A stretch of 33,654 bases of DNA from Catajapyx aquilonaris. Its lineage: Eukaryota. Position 1 is the first letter of the stretch. Each line of letters starts with the position of its first letter. Below the pieces are notes generated by a model. The model worked only from the letters and a program-made list of their open reading frames with translations, was not told the origin of the DNA and did not search any database. This document shows positions 1-12,789 of this stretch, piece by piece. Made by a program: the position numbers and the translations under genes. The DNA is taken from positions 62,001 through 95,654 of the forward strand of contig KZ538229.1 in the NCBI GenBank assembly GCA_000934665.2, written 5' to 3'.

Positions 1-72
1 ATTGTGGATTTGTGCCATTTTCGCAGCGTCCTTCGCGAGTGGAGGTGAATAAAATCGTAAAAGTGTACTTAC

Positions 73-176
73 AGCGATGCACTCACACTTGACGCAATAC
101 ATGGTGCCGAAAGGAGGTCCCAGGTCTGGATTCCACGTCTCGCCCAGTTCGTACGTCTCCTTGCCGAACTGGCAAT
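73..176 (-). CDS. sog: short gastrulation/chordin internal exon encoding the N-terminal half of cysteine-rich repeat CR1 (VWC); gene continues beyond the left edge
   Basis: The minus strand reads ttcttccag|AT TGC CAG TTC ... ATC GCT|gtaagt, a 104-nt exon, phase 1 to phase 0. It encodes [34 protein letters not shown], which matches the Sog/Chordin CR1 signature CQFG..W..DLGPPFG.MYC.KCEC. The acceptor and donor are both strong. Confidence 0.95.
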
Positions 177-3100
177 CTGGAAGAACACACAGAAAGCACT
201 TAGTCACTCGCAAAAAGCCATGGAGCAATTTTGTTTGTGAAATAATTCAAGTAAATTGCAAGATAAAGTCATATTTTTTTCCTTATAAAATCGTTCTAGA
301 GATATGCTACCGTACGGCAGAATTTGATTCCATATCTGCCCCATGAGGACTATACTGTTCGTATAAAGTTATAGGCAGCCACTTCTTTCGCTCAACAAGC
401 TTCTTTATTTTCCCATTTCTATAAGCTTGTTTTAAAGTGCCCATCCCTTTTGTTTGAGCCGCAAAAAAAAACCCCCCGCTAAACAAATATTTTACGTCAC
501 ATCTTTTGTGTGTATGTAAAGCATCCTTAGACGACCCTCCTACCAATTCGTAATACGCTCTATTCGAGATAGTCTTGAGCGCCACAAGGACGCCTGATAG
601 GCCTCCTCCCACATTGTTCAGCTCCCAAGATTTATTTTTAGTTGCACTCATAAATTGTGTACAAGGGAGGGAGGGTGGTGGTAGAGGAAGACAACAACAC
701 TTTAAAAAAATATGAACGTGCAAACTCTAACTCTTTCTGCTCTGAGTGTATATGTACGTCTTATCTATTGACCTCTCGCATTAGACACGACCTTCGATAA
801 TGTTTGGTTGCAGATAGCAAAACACAAGCCGTCGATTACGAAGTCGCGCGCTCTGCCACCCCGATTGTTATGATGAGGACGGCAAAAGGAGTTGACATAA
901 TACACAACACTGATTTGCATCGGCCAAAATGCATGAAGCTGATGTGTCAGCATACACATGTGTGCCTGCTCACGCACGCTTCCTTGTTAAATAACGCAAG
1001 CCCCTGCCGACGGTTTTGCTTCATCCATGGCGCCCTAGGGACAAGCCAATATCGGACCCACGCTGGCATTTCCTTTTTGCAATAGTCTTCTTGGCGACTG
1101 CATCCGGATTTATTAAGGGACAAGACGCGCCGGTTTTCTGGGAAAAAAAGTTATTGCGTCGCGGAGCGGAATATAACTTACTGACTCAAGGTGAACGCAA
1201 TAATTCTAGAGAAGAGTCAATAAAACTAATGAATTCGTGAATAAAATTTTCGTGGAGCGGAACAATGAGGTGGTTTCTCTTTATGGCTTGTTTATGCAAT
1301 GATCGGTCTGTCGCAATCATTTTTTACTCAACAATCTTTTCCCCCACCTTTGTGTACTTTAATGACGGATGGCCTGCTACAAATGGTCAGAACAGAGATA
1401 GAATAGCCCCGTCCGAGCACTCTATTAGCCCTGAGCCGTTACAGGGCAGCCCTATGCGCACCCCAACAATTTAGGGTCCCAGAAGCCTCTTCGCTCATGC
1501 ACGATCATGAAGGGAATTCGAGTTAGTTAAAGTGTGCGCCGTATAGCGTTTAGAGAGTGGGGGTAATCCCTAGTGCCACTCGATTGCACTGGCCTAATCC
1601 AATGTTCTCGGTCTGGGCGGCATTCGTTGGAGGCAATTTCTACCTTTTTCTACACACCTTTTCTGAACAGGGGAAGAACGGTACTCATTTGTATGTCCAG
1701 GTGAATTGCCTTATTAGCTGTGAAATACCATCCGTGTCACGAACACAGCCCACGAAACTTCCATCGTTTGCTATTGCACGGCAAAACCTCCATTTTGCAT
1801 CCAAAAGGCAAGGCGTGTGGAGGGATGCATACTTGCCAGGATATTTCACACTGCAGTTTTTTTAGTCAATGATCTTTGGTAAAACGGCTCCGTTAATGAC
1901 ATCTCCACATAGTGTTCACTGTGTGGTATACGGTGATAGCATATTACATCCTATATGTACTGCACTAGTTATAATATTGGAAAATACAGGACCGGTTCAA
2001 AATAATGGAACTGCGCAGTATTTGATTGCAAATTTTTGCACGTTGAATTTACCCTTCCGCACAGTTGCCTCTGCGCACCAACCAGTGAAAAATTGAATCC
2101 ACATCCTACAGCATACCGGCCGGCATTATGACTACATTATGTATGCATGACACAGCAATAACCGAACAATTGAAATGGTTCGGCAGCATGAATATTCCCA
2201 TTCCGCACCGCAATAATTACGCCTTTCTCCCGATTCATTTGAACCAACTTGTCCATGGCAACACACCGCTTTTGTTAGTTACCCACGTACCCTCGTAGCC
2301 ACCGCCGAGAATCAAAAAGTGGCCCCCCCATTGGCTTTAAATTGACCTCAGTTTTTGGGCCAACGAACTGCTAGGTCACCCCACGTTCTATATGATAGCA
2401 ATATACTGTATATCGACGCTTAGCATAGAGACACATTGTTGCAAAAAAGGGGCTTAGCAAAAACCCAACCGGAAGCGAGCGGCCCGAGAAAATAATGGAG
2501 TGCTTAGTATTTGGGTGGCGTCATCCGCTGGCAATGCTGCGTCGAGAAAAGCGATCAGGGCGGCCCTGCATTATCCTGTCGTCCTTGCCACCTATCCATT
2601 TATCCTTCAAAATCGCCTGCCCGATTGTTTCAGGCCGCCCTGTACTTTGTCTCCCGGACGGAGGGGCGGAAATTACGACACGCGGATTGCGGAAATCCTC
2701 TTGTTCCTCCGACCTCTATCTTTTTGGTGCTTTCACGATCGGTTCTGCGACTCGGATTGTTACACTGTCGCCAAATTAGCCAGTTCAGAGTAAATCAATT
2801 GTCACTACCAGGTGGCGCGCAGGCTCCCTCTCTGCACACTACTGCCGCTGTCAGGCTGAAAGTTGTACTAGATGCACGTTGGTTATGTGAGTCACCGTGG
2901 ACGGTCTCGCCTAGCCAATTCTATATTTGATGTGCGTTATAGATCCGAATTGGCTGTGGTCGAAGTGCGGGACGGGGGGGACAAGAAGTATGAGATTTGG
3001 CTGAGGGTGTCCCGGAAGAGGAAGACAAAATTGCACTTTCGGCAGGGCGATGGTGGAGAAGGAAGGCGGGGGCAGTCTTGAAGAGCAGCCGCGCCGTAAA

Positions 3101-3420
3101 TCTCCCAAAAGGGTGGGCACGTGTGCACCGCTACACACATTTCAATTTATGCTCCGACCAAAAATGCAGTTCTATAATTATATGCACCGGCTTGCATATA
3201 CACTGGCCACAAATGGTCGCTAACCCAATGACAGTAACCGCACACCCCCTATCCGTTTTTTTTTTTTTTGCAAAATTCTAACGAGCATGAGTGACTGATA
3301 TGTAGTACGACATGTTTAGGACCGACCCGACCCAACCCGGCCACCAATGGCTTATCCCTCGTGGCCTTTCACACCTACTCAGGACTTTGGTATGCAAGCC
3401 TCCCATGTGTGAGTGTGTGT

Positions 3421-3440
3421 CTGGCTGGCTGGCTGGCTGG
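3421..3440. repeat. (CTGG)5 microsatellite
   Basis: ctggctggctggctggctgg. Confidence 0.85.
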
Positions 3441-3889
3441 CCAAAAAAGAAATGTGGTTCTGCCAAAAGCACGCATAAAACATGACGAGTTTCGTCGTCG
3501 CCTTCATAAGTTTATGCCCATTTAAAAGGTCCTAAGCGCGACGCGTCGTGAATTTGAGCAACCATGAGATGGATAGCCCTCCCGCACAATAGTCGCTTTC
3601 AGGCTAATCGGGGGCTATAAGAAAACACGTGCGACCGACTATACTATACTAAACAATGTGATCTTTGAACTCGCCCCCTATGCTTTATGGAAATTACGGC
3701 TGGCAGTGACTCAAATTGGCGCCTTCCGGACGGGCGCCCACTTTCAACTAACGCTGCAGGCACCATTTTTACACCCATCTTCCGCAACATTCATTAGCTG
3801 GACACAAATTATCAGATATCGCACTAAGGCTGCATGGGCGTATCGTCATCGTGCGCTTGACATTGGAGAGTGACCTTCCTCGTTCCAAA

Positions 3890-4190
3890 TGGGCAATGAA
3901 CTCCATCGCTTATTCCTGCAGTCGTAAAAACTATTATAGCCCGCATGCCTAATATTGTTTTGCGACAACCTTCGCGTTACTGAACCGGTGATGTCATTGT
4001 TGGGTGGAACTGGAGTACTTGGGAGTGTTTATGGAAAGGTCAAGCCACTTTGGTGTCAATGCGGGGGTCCAAAAGTCGCATCGTAAGTTGGCTTGGCTGG
4101 GGTTGGCCACGAAGATTGGTGGGCAAGGTCCCCTGGAGGGAACAGGTATGAAAGAGTTCGCAAGTGTGATTGTCATTAGCCAAGGTTCGA
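3890..4190 (+). mobile_element. degenerate non-LTR retrotransposon (LINE) RT C-terminal fragment
   Basis: ELEYLGVFMERSSHFG...QKSHRKLAWL...KIGG...FASVIVISQ resembles the YLGV.LD..L.F..H....KA...L..L...IGG post-RT region of LINEs. A frameshifted W...L.L...KT-like segment lies upstream. Judged by eye only. Confidence 0.4.
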
Positions 4191-7100
4191 GCCAGCAAGC
4201 GGTCGGCGCCTCCATGAATCACCTGCCTGCCTTCCAAGGACACACGACCTTATGCTGAGCTACCTCTTCACACCCTCACCTCCCCCCCAAAAAAAATTTA
4301 CAAAAAAAAAAGAAATAATCCTAGACCACGTATAGAATTGGAATCAAACGGAATGAAAACCAAACCGGTCTTGTATAATTTGCGGAATATTTTTAAAGGC
4401 GAGGGATTTAATTTTAACGCGACGTTCTGACGCGTATGAGGCAGCCGCGGTCAGATTTACATACCAGGAATCACTATGGGACTATAAAAAGGGAGGGGAT
4501 GAGATCCGAAAAATTCTAGGATTGGAAGTTCAATTTACATTCTGGAGATCCCACGACTGAGCGGGGATTTTTCCGCGGTCTACTGAGCGACTTTGCCACC
4601 TAAAGTGTTGGAAAAATTAGAATATTTGCACATATTTGTCTGGTGTTGAAATTCGCCAAATAATACGTTTTCCACATACCCAGAGGTTTTCTTTCAGTTG
4701 ACTCTACTGGATGAAAAATTTTATTGCACAATTTACCGTACAGTGTTAGCAATTAAACACAGCTATGCATGAGAGAAAATCCAAGAGGCCCTGATATGGG
4801 GCTATAGATGCTAGGAATAGGGATGATGCTTGTTAAATTATTTTTTTGCATTGCGGAAGCCTTCTGCTTGTGGGCATGCACATATTTTTTTTTTTTTACA
4901 AATCCCCCCGAGGAAATGGAACCTGTTCATCTCTTCTGAAAGCAACCAGTATAGAATTTTGCCCCATGCAGTACTGCAATTCCTCTGCAGTAAACTCATT
5001 ATGGTTGGAGTGTAATGTTGCCCGTTGTATTGCAGAAAACCGCAGCACCCAAAATACGAGTGGGGGGTAGGAAAGCTTATTATTTCAGTCCTGATTTATA
5101 TCCTGTCTAGTTGTTGAACTAGTAGCGAGTCACCTTGAGTGACACCATACATTTTGAGTAATTATGATTGCAGTTTTTAGCAATAAAAAATGCACATACA
5201 CATATAGCTTGATTTTATGATCTTGAAGAATGCTCTTAACCTGATCATTTTCTGCGCAGGAACTTTTAATGCAGGCCAACTTATCATTTACGATAACCAA
5301 TCGACTGATAAACCTGACAATTGGCAGCGCCGCTTTTTTTCGTTGTCTATTTTCTACGTACGAGATATATCCGCGGCCACATTGTTGTCTGACCTAATGG
5401 CCCCTTTTTCGTCGCCTACTGTCATTCCGCATACTAATTGACCACCGGCTGGCTTCTTCGATCCGGCCTCCTTCAATATAACTCCTTTAAAAAAAGTGAA
5501 AGTTGTAGTCTGAAAAGGGCACCTTATCGGCCGATACCAAAGATGGGGAAGTCAAAATTGTGATGTCCGAATAAGGCAACTGGGTCACATGTGCGGGTAC
5601 TTTTTTTTTTGTGAAATGTCCAAAAGCGTCTGTTGAGGATAACTGTCGCCTTACTCGGGCCATTCGGATTATGTGCTTACAATCTCAACCCAAATTGCTT
5701 CCGACATTTATTCCAGGAAGTCGGGACATCTTGACCCGATTTGATTTCTTGCTTCAACTTTTTTTTTGTCCTGCCATCGACTCGCCGCAGACAAAAAAAA
5801 AGTTTGAAATTGTGGTCATTCGTTTCGCTTCACGACTGTCATATCCCTCGCCATTTAATTTCATCTGCAACGCTCTTTTTGCATGGGGTAGGGCCCCTGA
5901 TGAAAGCCCGCAAATGAAATAATAAAGCCGGGACTTGGGTGATTCATTTTTGACCTTTACCGTCTGAATGTAATTTACGGTGCGAGCGTATGTGCCGAGT
6001 TGGCAGCGGCCATACACTTTAAAAAGAAAAAAAAAAAAAACTAGAAAAACGCAATACTTTATGCCTGGTGAATCAGGTGTTGGGAAGATTCGCAGATTAT
6101 TATGTCACCCCACTTTTCTCCAAGGTCAAGCCTCTTGGGAGATACCACCAGCAAAGTCATCCTTCTGAAGTCAAAAAGAAACTAAGATTTGCGCACGCAG
6201 GCATCATACTCCTAAAAATACCAATGTCCTTTGAAGGTTGGAACTAATTTCCCTTGGGCGACTGAAATAGTGGGCTTCGACTATAGTCTTCATAGACTCT
6301 CCAGTAAAAAAATATGCGAAAGACAAGCCCTCTCTCTCACTGCTTTATTGATGGCCTACCCGACAGGATGAAGTGAGCCATGGAAATGTGACTTCAGGTT
6401 CACACTCTGGGAGGTTCTAAAATTATTTACGAGTTCGAGTATACACGCATCACACCCGACACACTAATATTCCTCCGGGAGCCATCCATTATTCCCCGCC
6501 CATTCATCTTGCCATGCTCCATTGAGAAAGATTACGCACCCACCAGAAATATTCCAGGGACAGGAAAACTGCGCCATTTTCTCTACTGCAGATATTGCTT
6601 TATTTGGCTCGTAGATCACATTTTTTTAAAAAAATGAAAAAGACAGGAGTGAATCAGATGTCACGAGTACCTGCCCTTGTATATTCAGAGAGAATTTTCA
6701 ATGCGGAGTTACATCAGTAAGTTCGGGGGGGAAATTTGGGTTTCAGCACGAATTACACGCTCCAGTTGCTGTCTTGTTGGCCTAATGGACGCGTTATGTC
6801 ACAACTGGTGCAGGTGTCAGTGTTGGTGCATGGTTGTTCCGGCAGGCGTTGGTGTGTGTATGTATATATACGCCCGCGAATGTTTTGCCCGATGGATCCA
6901 ATAATACTCTCATCTTTAAGTGGTAAATGAGAAACCAAGTGTGGTTATTTTTACACCCACCCGAGTATCTTCCGCCGGTTCCCTCCTACTGCAGGCTGGG
7001 CCAATGCCAATATGTTAAGTGCGAGCGTCTCATATTGCCATATGCAACATTGCATTATTGCAGCGAAACGATTTTTCATGGTCTACAATAAGCTGAAAAT

Positions 7101-10100
7101 GTCAGGTTTGTCCAAATGGTACGAATTTTCTGCTAAAATTGTATACATCCTTTCACCTGGGGTCAATCATGATTCTGATGGAAGTGGAGGACACGTTGAA
7201 GATGTCAGCAGCCCGAAGTGGTGACCCTGGAGGAATTCGTCAACAGGTGCAATCAGTTTCTCACCTGTGGCCTTGCAAGGGATGTGCCGTTCCTGGCTCG
7301 TCTCATTTGCATACAATGTTTTCTGGCCGCAGCGCGTCTGGTTTTAATGCCCCGTGTGACAAACTCCTCTCTAAACTACGGTCAACGTACAGATCAATGA
7401 TCTATTGTCCTCCTCCTCCTCCTTACAGAAACTTCCTTTCCCCTCAACCAACTTTCGACATGTTCCGATTTCTAAAGTCTGGTCGCGTCATCCCAATTAA
7501 TCTGACCCATGAGAATCGAATATTTTTTTTTCGGTGGGACAGGTAATCTTGGGTAATCTGGCACATCCGTCTCCACCGTTTTACCGGGGCGTTTTAGAAA
7601 CGCTTGTAATGAAATGGAGGAGCTCAGAACGGGCAGCCGAGCTAATAGGAAAATTACCCGGTTCTCGAATGAAGGTTTTTACACAAGGCCTGCAATTTCA
7701 TTTTCTAGACACGCGAGTGGGTGTCGAACCTACCATTTTTTTTAAATAAAAAAAAAGGTGCGAGTATATGAAAACTTATACCTCATTACCCAGTCTGGAT
7801 CCGGAGTATGGATCCGGAGATTACTATAATAACTTTGCCCTCCCGGTGACAATTGGGCGAAAATTCGGCAATGCGGAACTTTATTTATTGGCACTGCAAC
7901 ACAATTGCATTTTTTTTACCACCCAGACTTTTTTTTTCTGAAGGAATAAAAATGGAGGCTCGTTCTGAACCGGAGACTTCAGACCGACAGGCTTCATGTC
8001 GAGTTTTGGACGGGGACTTATTGTCTCCAGGGATGGCAGATAAAGAGAACATCCTCGCCTAGTTTGCATATCTTCTTGCGACAGACGCCCTCCGGAGCAA
8101 CTGGGATCCTCTTCTTCGCAATAAGATGTTAAAGCAGCTACGGCAAATGGGGCGCGTTTGATTGGCTGCTTTTCTCTTGGAGGATCTCTTCTCCCTTTGG
8201 GCTATATTGTAGCCTCGCCTGAGACTTATATACGGGTGAGCCTATAACACTTCATCTACGATTAGTGTCCGGGATCCCAAAGTTTGGGACGAGCTTGAGC
8301 CGCCGGCGCTCTATGCGGGGTGTGGAATTTCATGCAATAACGTTGGGAAGCGACGCAAAAAAAAAATGGAGCGCTCCATTTTTCAGTTTGTCTTCTGGCA
8401 AGCTGTGTAGATTGTTTATTTTAGAATGTGTATGTGTACTGTTGTGTGCATTTTTAAAAAAATTATTTTTCTGGCAACTATTTAACCTACACTTTGGTTG
8501 TAGGTTCCGTCAGTAAAATTAGACAATGCGGATGTCAGCCCGGTTCTATCTGCACGATTGCCTTTACGACCCCCTCTTTACATTCAATGGACAATTACTT
8601 TCATTTACGGACCACTCGAAGCACCGGCCCAAATCTTTTCTGGGCCCGTAAATACAGATGATCCGGCATAGGTTGATAAGGGGCCGATTGGCTCTAATTT
8701 CCTGGAACCGATAATTTTTTGCACTTGATAAAAAATTACACTGCAGTTTCACCCGTTTATTCTGATGGTGGAAAAAAAGGGCAGAATTTTTTCCGGAACA
8801 GATGGAACCTGGGGCCCTCCCGAAATGGCGGAGGATTTTACGGGCCATTCCGCCGCTGAAAGGACAGAACGATATGGAAGGCTCACAGTTTGAGATCTTT
8901 TACTTCCGCCGTAACACTTTTAGTGAGATTACCCCCCAGGAAAATGCAGAACCATTTTAGTTCCCAATTAATTTCCATCGCTTGTCGAACCCAATTTGGA
9001 CCTTCCCAAAAATTTTCGCATGATTACATTAGTACGATGCGGAAAAGTTGTCATCCATCATAGTGAATGTAGTAAAAAGGGCGGAAAACTTGGCGTCTTG
9101 AGGAAGGAAAATCATCCCATGGGCGGCTCAGGCCATTAATACATTGAATTCCGGGGCAGGGCGAGAGCAATGTGAAAGATTTAGGGGCGGAGAAGAGGTG
9201 TTGAATTTAGGCGTGAGGATCAGGAGTGAAAGCTCCTTTTGCATCAAAGGGAGGACCATAGTCCCGGCTGGATTATACCCGCAAGCAAGAGTGGGGATTA
9301 TGGCATAACCTGCACTCTGGTGTTGTTAGAGCCGCATCTAGTGTGTATGTGCGCTAATGGCTAATGTTGCCCATTATAATACAGGGAAGGTAAACGCCCT
9401 TATGGACATAATCATTGTTGAGTATGATCACGTGGAATACCAGACGCGTGTGTTTGTACAGCTTGGAGAATGTTGTGGAATTACACATGCCAAACAACAT
9501 CTGCACAATGTAAGCAAATACGATCTTAGAGGGAAACTGAGGTGTGAAATTTGGCAACATGTGGGTATTGGCTAATATTATCGTGTTGTGAGCACAACTC
9601 GAGCACGTTGCTCCTCGACGTGTCTGATATAGTGCAAGTTTATTAATGCCACGCACTGATGCACCATGAACCGTTATCTGTATTGTCATTAGTTTCCTTC
9701 CTGACTCTGAGTGTAACGTTATTATGGTCAAAACACCACTTTGTTAAGCAAAATTTACGCAGCAGCCTCCGGGCACTCCATTATTTATCGCAATTGAAAT
9801 TTACGGCGCAAAGTGCAACGTAAATCTGCTTTGCGTAATTAGAGCGGTTTTATGTTGGCTCCGTGCGAGGTAATGAATTTGAAACACGGACATTACGGTG
9901 TGGCGCCGATTAACACACGGGGCGCCCTGGACTCGCCGTTAAATATCAAGGCGGTAAAAACCTATCAATTGTCCTGGAGAAAAAGGCGCGATAAAAAGAC
10001 AAACGTTCAATGACCGGTACGGCCCTTCTTGATAAGATTCCGATGTAAAACCGCATTGGGATGAGTCGGACTGACACTAGGAAATATTAGAGTGCAGCAG

Positions 10101-11896
10101 CCAGCAGAGGTAATTACCTCCTCCAATTGCTGGCTTGGCTAGCACCCCCCACGACTAATGAGCCCAGTCTTTCACCAGGATTACCTCCAGGAACCAATCT
10201 CGGCAGCTGGACAGCCCTAGGATTTTAATGGGGGGAAAGCCTCGCTTCGTTTACTCCTGGCCAGAAGGATATATATGTATTACACGGGGAGCGATGCGGG
10301 TACAGTACCCGCTTGTCCGCACCTCTTTAAGGGGCTGTGCCAGATCTCGTTAGGAGGAATGTACTTGCATTTGTACCGATCAAGCCAGATCAATCCTGGA
10401 AAGCCAATTGCAGATATTTCGTTACATTTTATGACATTTAATTTAATTTATTTACTGGGCTGACACGGTCGTGAAGATTGTGCAAGCTGGCCAAATTATG
10501 TATAGTAAAATTATTTCCATAATGACACTTAATCGCACACTCAGCAGTGCATGAAGGCATAATGCGTGATTATGCTTCCACAAGTGCGGACTATTGTTAT
10601 GGAGGGGGTGAGGGGTGCATAATCCTACCGACGTTTTATTATCTTTAGGCATCAGAGGAAGGCGGGATTTAATTTTATGGAAGGGGCTTTCCAGGAAAGC
10701 TGCTCGTATACGGCTTGATGAATTCGCGCAGACTACAGCGTACTGTAGGCGTCTGAAGGTATTTGCATTCTTGGAGTGCGAAACAGACAGACGCCGCCCT
10801 CGACTATATGTGTGACTGATTTGCGGACTCACACTTGGGAAAAATGCCCTAGACAAGAATGGCCATATGAGTCAGTGGGTGACCCTGTTGTAGTGCTGTA
10901 GGTCAGCAATACGCACCCGTGTTTTTTTATATATATTATTATTATTCTGACCCGGGCTATCTGGGCGCGGGTCTTTGCTTCTATTCCGAGAGAAAACAAG
11001 GCATTCAAATAGTGGAGTGGCGGCAGGTTGGCGCTTGTGGGCCCCACAGGAACTCGGGCCTTAGCATCACAATAAATTCCTTCGTCTGGAGAGAAGACTG
11101 GTGCGTCTTGATTGGAAGATGCAATGCTGCTGGGGGCCTATACACTCGACAATTATTTCGCAGAACATTTTTTTTCTCCCACCTGAACTTTTTGTTGGAA
11201 ATAGTGTCCCAATACTGTCTTATCCATTCAGACGCTTTCGTTATCTTGGGTCTTATCTGAGCGAGTAACGTACACAGCCCTCCCATGCAATGTGTGTTAG
11301 AAGCAGGTACCACAAAAATAATATAACCGCCTGCCTGCACCAATTCGGGGCGGGCATAATTGAGTGCTACATCCCTTTTGGCGGAATTGGATTGCTGCAA
11401 CCCTGGACCAGTTAATGAAATCAGCACACATTTTTATTACCAGGAACCGAGCCTGACTCTAAACCACGTCGACAATGTTTTAATTAATTATACATGCGCA
11501 TATAAGCGCACCCAGCGCGCACACACAAAAATTGCATATGGAGGGGGGGGGGGGGACGGTGGGAAAAAAACACACATGTAAGCTATGACCTTGGAAAGAA
11601 TGGAGCTCTTGAAGACTGCATAATTATTAATCGCGCGAAGTGCAGTGCATTAGTCAGATTAGAGTCGGAGCCCCAGCAACGCCCCTTGTCTCATTACTTC
11701 CGAGTGTAGTAGTCTTGCTCGACTACAATTTTGGGCAACCTGGTCCAGCCACCAGTGGAAAAAAAAGGAACAAGCGTGGCTCTCTCTAATCGAACCCTGT
11801 ACTGACCAGCATGTCAATTTCAGCTCCCGGTGCTATTTCGAATCCACACCTATTAATTCTTCAAAAAACATGTACATGTCACATTAATGTACTCAC

Positions 11897-12020
11897 CGGT
11901 GCTCCTGCTGTTCTTCCGACCGTTGTCCTCTCCCTTCAGATTCATCCGGTTGTTCCTATGACCCCCTGCCCATACGCCGCTGGACATCAACAGCAGCAAC
12001 ATCATGGACATCAGATCCAT
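11897..12020 (-). CDS. sog: sog first coding exon (signal peptide plus basic linker); the exon itself starts at 12026
   Basis: The acceptor ttttttttaacaatctgacag|ATCAAG precedes the ATG at 12020. The exon encodes MDLMSMMLLLLMSSGVWAGGHRNNRMNLKGEDNGRKNSRST+G and ends at the donor gtgagt. It has a hydrophobic core and a VWA-G cleavage-like site. The spliced product EDNGRKNSRSTDCQFG resembles the pre-CR1 linker of Drosophila Sog as I recall it (ESDTGRRSNRPAVTECQFG). Confidence 0.8.
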
Positions 12021-12264
12021 CTTGATCTGTCAGATTGTTAAAAAAAAACGCTGGATGGATATTTTCAGGTGTCCACACTATCCTCCGCCAGCATGTCCCC
12101 CCCACACGCAATGCACTCACACACTACTAGTTGGGTCGCCTTCAGCTTGCGTTGTGCCGCCACGCGCCTCTCAGCCTTCTCTCCCTACTTACTCAGCCCG
12201 CCCTCCCTCGGCTTACCAACTGGACTCCCCAACATGCCCCTCCGCCACCCCCCTCCCTCATTTT

Positions 12265-12296
12265 ACACACACACACATCCCCACACACACACACAC
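12265..12296. repeat. interrupted (CA)n microsatellite
   Basis: acacacacacacatccccacacacacacacac. Confidence 0.85.
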
Positions 12297-12368
12297 CTGA
12301 GTGCGCTGGCGCCTGCCGCTCATATGCACCTAGCACCTATTGGAAAATACCCGCAATTTGTACCCGGG

Positions 12369-12375
12369 TTTTATA
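12369..12375 (-). promoter_or_regulatory. candidate TATA box for sog
   Basis: The minus strand reads gggTATAAAAcccg ~350 bp upstream of the sog ATG. Candidate 5'UTR donors follow it (ttg|gtaagc ~12216, tga|gtaagt ~12192). No transcript evidence is available. Confidence 0.4.
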
Positions 12376-12789
12376 CCCCCCCAAAGCTCATTAGTTTTTA
12401 GAGAGGGTAGGGTGGGGTGGGGACAAAGCACCCGAGGGGATCCATTCACACCTCCAGAGGGCAAGAAGCCCCCTCTGACTAAATATCCTGATGAATTGGA
12501 CACTAATCCGGCAGGCTCTTCATCCGGGGAGTTTTCAATAGATGGGGACTGGTCATTGTGTCCTCGGGGTTTGAAGGGGGATTGCCAGGGAGAAGGTGGG
12601 AAAAGGGAATTATTGGGGGGAGATGTGGACCAAGGTTTTTATTGGGGGGGGGGGGGCTGGTAAACATCAGTTTCAATACGAGGAACCGCTATGGGCAACA
12701 TCCAATCGTCGGCTCACATGGAAAATATAATGTACAGTGCTGGAAATTAATGGATAAGCACAAGTATCGCTGCCTGGCGGAGCTTTTCC

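Larger units (their letters stand above)
177..11896 (-). other. sog: large first coding intron of sog (~11.7 kb, phase 1)
   Basis: The donor G|gtgagt at 11896 and the acceptor ttcttccag ending at 177 are both phase 1. Joining them gives an in-frame junction ...RKNSRST-D-CQFG. Confidence 0.75.

Noticed and set aside
1016..1240. Plus-strand ORF with a signal-peptide-like stretch (HFLFAIVFLATASG)
   Set aside because: It has a TTG start, no downstream domain or splice support, and lies antisense within the sog intron.
5690..7340. Minus-strand AG..GT exon-like blocks (about 7226-7157, 6988-6961, 6585-6540, 6416-6360, 5770-5691) giving peptides such as GAVFLSLEYFWW/NLPECEPEVTFPWLTSSCR
   Set aside because: They cannot be chained without stops or frameshifts, two frames fit equally well, there is no recognisable family, and they lie inside the sog intron.
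11686..11849. Two more small exon-like blocks just downstream of sog exon 1 (APGAEIDML; LPKIVVEQDYYTRK)
   Set aside because: Their phases are inconsistent with each other and with neighbouring segments unless weak splice sites are invoked.
11811..12041. Plus-strand ORF with a HQQQQHH tract
   Set aside because: It is the antisense shadow of the Leu/Met-rich sog signal peptide.
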